NCBI GenBank assembly: GCA_963611355.1
Contig: CAVDRM010000003.1
Span: 16,020-80,019, forward strand
Direction of reading: 5' to 3'
DNA from: Anaerovibrio sp.
GTDB taxonomy: Bacteria > Bacillota > Clostridia > Christensenellales > Aristaeellaceae
DNA length: 64,000 nucleotides
A program made the translations under genes and the position numbers. Below are positions 61,608 to 64,000 of this stretch, piece by piece (position 1 is the stretch's first letter; the number at the start of each line of letters is the position of its first letter). Under the pieces are notes generated by a model. It did not search any database. It worked only from the letters and a program-made list of their open reading frames with translations, and was not told where the DNA came from.

Positions 61608-62918
61608 TTGGATGATCCGATTGGCCGATGGCCGCTGATGCTTGGTCTTGCCGTGTGTGTCTTTCTGTGCCGGCTTCTTTCCGAGGCGCTCCGAAGCGCC
61701 AATGAAGTCGCTTTGCGCGAAAAGAACGACGCTTCTCTGAACGCCCTGCTTGATGCGCCGGACGGCGCGGTGTATGCGCTGGCGCTCGTCCGCACCTTCT
61801 GCCTGCTTTGGCTTGCCGTTTTGGTCTGCCGGCAATTTGCGCAAACGGCGGGTCAGGCGCTCCTGTGCGCGCTCATTTTGACGCCGCTCAGCCAAATTCT
61901 CCTGCATCTGACGCCCGCCTTCATCGGCGAAAAGAACGCGGAAAAGCTCGTTCCCGCCCTGTGCGGCTTCTATCACGGCATCAGCCGCCTGTTGAAGCCC
62001 TTCATTTTCATCAATGAACGGCTGGCTCGGCTGCTCAGCGCCTCCAAGGAAGCGCAGCATGAGGAGGTCACGGAGCGGGATATTCGGGCGATGGTGGACA
62101 TCAGCGAGGAAAGCGGCAATATCGAGGGCGATGAGCGCGACATGATTGAGAACGTCTTCGACTTCGGCGACATGATCGCGGCGGATTGCATGGTGCATCG
62201 CACCGACATGACAGCCATCTGGGTCGGCGATGATGAAAAGACCATCACGAAAACCATCGAGGAAACCGGCCTTTCCCGTTTTCCCATCTATGACGAGGAC
62301 ATTGATGATTTAATCGGCATCCTCTTTGCCCGCGATTTTCTGCTGAATTCCGCCAAGGATGCCGACCGAAAAAAGCCTCTGCGCGACCTGCTGCGCGAGC
62401 CGTACTTTGTGCCGGAAACCGTCAAGGCGGATATCCTGCTTCGCAATATGCAGCACGCCAAGACGCATATGGCCATCGTGGTGGATGAATACGGCGGGGT
62501 CAGCGGGCTGGTGACGATGGAGGATCTGTTAGAAGAAATCGTCGGCGATATCTTTGATGAATACGACACGGACGAGGAGACCGAAATTAAGCAGCTGTCC
62601 GCCAATGTGTTTCGCATCAGCGGCGCAGCCACGCTGGAAAGCATCAACGAAGCGCTGGACATTGCTTTGCCCGAAAGCGAAGATTATGACACCTTGGGCG
62701 GCCTTTTCCTCAGCCGCTTCACCGAAATTCCGGAGGACGGCACCACGCCCGAAACGGACATCTATGTCACCCCGACCTTGGAAAAACCGGAAAATGAACC
62801 CTGCGATATGCTCCATATCAAGGTGGAGAAGTTAGAGGATCGCCGCGTTGACCATGCCTTGGTCACAAAGCAGCGCTATGCCCCGCCGACGGAGGAAGAG
62901 GAGAAGACGGAGGAATAA
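61608..62918 (+). CDS. Hemolysin/CNNM family protein (DUF21 + CBS pair + CorC_HlyC)
   Basis: ...ERDIRAMVDISEESGNIEGDERDMIENVFDFGDMIAADCMVHRTDM...YGGVSGLVTMEDLLEEIVGDI... The start is probably the TTG at 61608 after gggagg. The track start at 61584 is also possible. Confidence 0.85.
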   Translation: MDDPIGRWPLMLGLAVCVFLCRLLSEALRSANEVALREKNDASLNALLDAPDGAVYALALVRTFCLLWLAVLVCRQFAQTAGQALLCALILTPLSQILLHLTPAFIGEKNAEKLVPALCGFYHGISRLLKPFIFINERLARLLSASKEAQHEEVTERDIRAMVDISEESGNIEGDERDMIENVFDFGDMIAADCMVHRTDMTAIWVGDDEKTITKTIEETGLSRFPIYDEDIDDLIGILFARDFLLNSAKDADRKKPLRDLLREPYFVPETVKADILLRNMQHAKTHMAIVVDEYGGVSGLVTMEDLLEEIVGDIFDEYDTDEETEIKQLSANVFRISGAATLESINEALDIALPESEDYDTLGGLFLSRFTEIPEDGTTPETDIYVTPTLEKPENEPCDMLHIKVEKLEDRRVDHALVTKQRYAPPTEEEEKTEE

Positions 62919-63139
62919 TGCCCCAAAAAAGGGCTGGCTGTTCAGAGTTTTGTTTTCCTCCAATAATTCATAGTTGAGTATGAATCTGTGGATATTTGAG
63001 GGATGCTTATTCGAACTTCAATAGGTTGATTGCAATGAGCTAAAATTTCGGATACAAAAGCAAATCGGCAGGGAAAGTGTTGCTAAATAGAGAACATATT
63101 TGCAAATATATACGCATATCTTCAGGAAAAAAGGATCAG

Positions 63140-63381
63140 CTTATGCTCACCACACAGCCCCGCAATGCAGACTATGGAGCAGCCAAGGAAGCTCAAATGG
63201 CTTCTTGGCTTGGAGGTACACAGTGATATTTGTTTTAGGTTTTTTAAACCGCAGGGAATAGACATATGCCAAAGGCACCATTCGGGTGAGTTTTGGAAGA
63301 GATAATATGGTGGAAGATGCAGAAGCTGTTGCAAAAGCTATTGAGAATATCTACTGTTGCGCACAAACAATTTCTCCATAG
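63140..63381 (+). pseudogene. Decayed 3' remnant of a class-V aminotransferase (SufS/NifS-like cysteine desulfurase)
   Basis: The frame ending at TAG 63379-63381 reads ...AKGTIRVSFGRDNMVEDAEAVAKAIENI..., the typical C-terminal t.R.SfG..Nt.eevd.l..al block. Upstream fragments in other frames (AHHTAPQ; QPRKLKWLLGLE) resemble the HHCAQP-LMKWL region. There are in-frame stops and no start. Confidence 0.45.
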
Positions 63382-63420
63382 TTTATGTTCAAGGCTGATT
63401 TACAAAAGTTTGAAGAAGGC

Positions 63421-63990
63421 ATGAGCATGGAGAAAAAATTTACCTGCAAAATCATCCGTAGCGACCGAAAGTCGTATGTGTTGGAGGTCAAGAAAGACAC
63501 GCTGATTGTCCGTGCCCCGCTCGCAGCGACAGACAAACAGGTTAATCTGTTTGTTCTGCAAAACAAGGAATGGATTGAAAAGCACCTTGAAATGGCCGCG
63601 CAGAAACAGCAGGAAAAAACGGACGTTGAGCCGCTCACGATGGATGAACTGCTGGAGCTGGCGAACAAACTGATGCAAATCATCCCTGAACGGGTGCAAT
63701 ATTATGCTGCGAAAATCGGTGTGACTTACGGGAAAATCACCATCCGCAACCAGCGCTCGCGCTGGGGTAGCTGCTCATCAAAGGGCAATCTGAATTTTAA
63801 CTGCCTTCTTGCCCTCACCCCTCCGGAGGTTATCGACAGCATGGTCGTGCATGAGCTGTGCCATCGCAAGGAAATGAATCATTCGGAGCGGTTTTATGCG
63901 GAGGTGCTGCGCGTGTATCCCGACTATTGGAAGTGGAGCAAATGGCTCAAGGAAAACGGCGGGAAACTGATGAGGAGAATGGAAAAATAA
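63421..63990 (+). CDS. M48-family/YgjP-like (DUF45) zinc metallohydrolase
   Basis: HExxH in VVHELCHRKEMNHSERFY. ...ITIRNQRSRWGSCSSKGNLNFN... is the YgjP/DUF45 pattern. Its codon usage is visibly more AT-rich than the rest of the window. Confidence 0.8.
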   Translation: MSMEKKFTCKIIRSDRKSYVLEVKKDTLIVRAPLAATDKQVNLFVLQNKEWIEKHLEMAAQKQQEKTDVEPLTMDELLELANKLMQIIPERVQYYAAKIGVTYGKITIRNQRSRWGSCSSKGNLNFNCLLALTPPEVIDSMVVHELCHRKEMNHSERFYAEVLRVYPDYWKWSKWLKENGGKLMRRMEK

Positions 63991-64000
63991 AAAATCAACG

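Noticed and set aside
669-62198. Many very long ORFs lie antisense to, or out of frame with, the called genes. Examples: 669..1787(-), 2271..3893(-), 5016..6617(-), 7901..9223(-), 10775..12325(+), 14650..15969(-), 18023..19447(+), 19378..21393(+), 25264..26718(+), 34697..35863(+), 41007..42128(+), 47466..48593(-), 53818..55473(-), 59464..60474(-), 60912..62198(-).
   Set aside because: Their translations are the Arg/Ala/Gly/His/Asp-rich, motif-free strings typical of stop-poor shadow frames in high-GC DNA. Each overlaps a gene with clear family motifs, an RBS and sensible boundaries.
1-64000. CRISPR arrays, tRNA/rRNA genes, IS elements, integrases and toxin-antitoxin pairs.
   Set aside because: I saw no regularly spaced direct repeats, no cloverleaf-forming 70-90-nt segments in the spacers, and no transposase/integrase-like translations in any listed ORF.

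Overview
A 64-kb chromosomal segment from a high-GC Firmicute, judged by gene content and synteny to be Clostridia (Oscillospiraceae/Ruminococcaceae-like). I support about 52 protein genes. I found no rRNA, tRNA, CRISPR array, IS element or prophage.

Layout, left to right:
- 1-10.6 kb: a divergent LysR gene, then tctCBA, citDEFC, an aconitase-family hydratase and a small split-barrel-like protein.
- 10.6-10.95 kb: a hairpin-dense spacer with two identical 29-nt palindromic units.
- 10.9-13.7 kb: an M29 aminopeptidase with a long promoter/terminator-bearing leader, a stand-alone rplS, and a ybaK-like gene.
- 13.9-15.9 kb: a repeat-domain surface protein.
- 16-30 kb: a minus-strand housekeeping block (rbgA-rnhB-yraN-[giant fused GT-C glycosyltransferase]-comM-dprA-topA-trmFO-hslVU).
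- 30.1-31.1 kb: an AT-rich nitroreductase islet.
- 31.8-38.2 kb: dnaE translationally coupled to a degenerate RsbW/SpoIIAB-like protein, a SigB/F-type sigma factor, an orphan membrane histidine kinase and an m5C RNA methyltransferase.
- 38.4-43.7 kb: polysaccharide deacetylase, VTC + DUF4956 pair, DEAD-box helicase, MATE exporter.
- 44.2-46 kb: a NifU-like + GGGtGRT two-gene operon.
- 46-52 kb: uppP, a small ORF, a secreted CotH kinase, and a COG2984-type ABC transporter preceded by a Tyr/Phe-rich leader ORF and a terminator.
- 52-62.9 kb: a small acidic secreted protein, glgP, an FAD protein, and a division-cluster tail (HlyD-like, yggS, sepF, yggT, divIVA) followed by a CNNM/TlyC gene.
- From about 62.93 kb: a compositional break with a decayed aminotransferase relic and a YgjP-type M48 gene.

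Best candidates for undescribed biology:
- the dnaE-coupled pseudo-anti-sigma/sigma/kinase module;
- the 1372-aa double GT-C glycosyltransferase inserted into a housekeeping operon;
- the NifU-like/GGGtGRT operon;
- the VTC/DUF4956 pair, with CotH nearby;
- two candidate cis-regulatory leaders (pepS and the ABC transporter).

All calls come from reading translations and motifs by eye. No database search was run.
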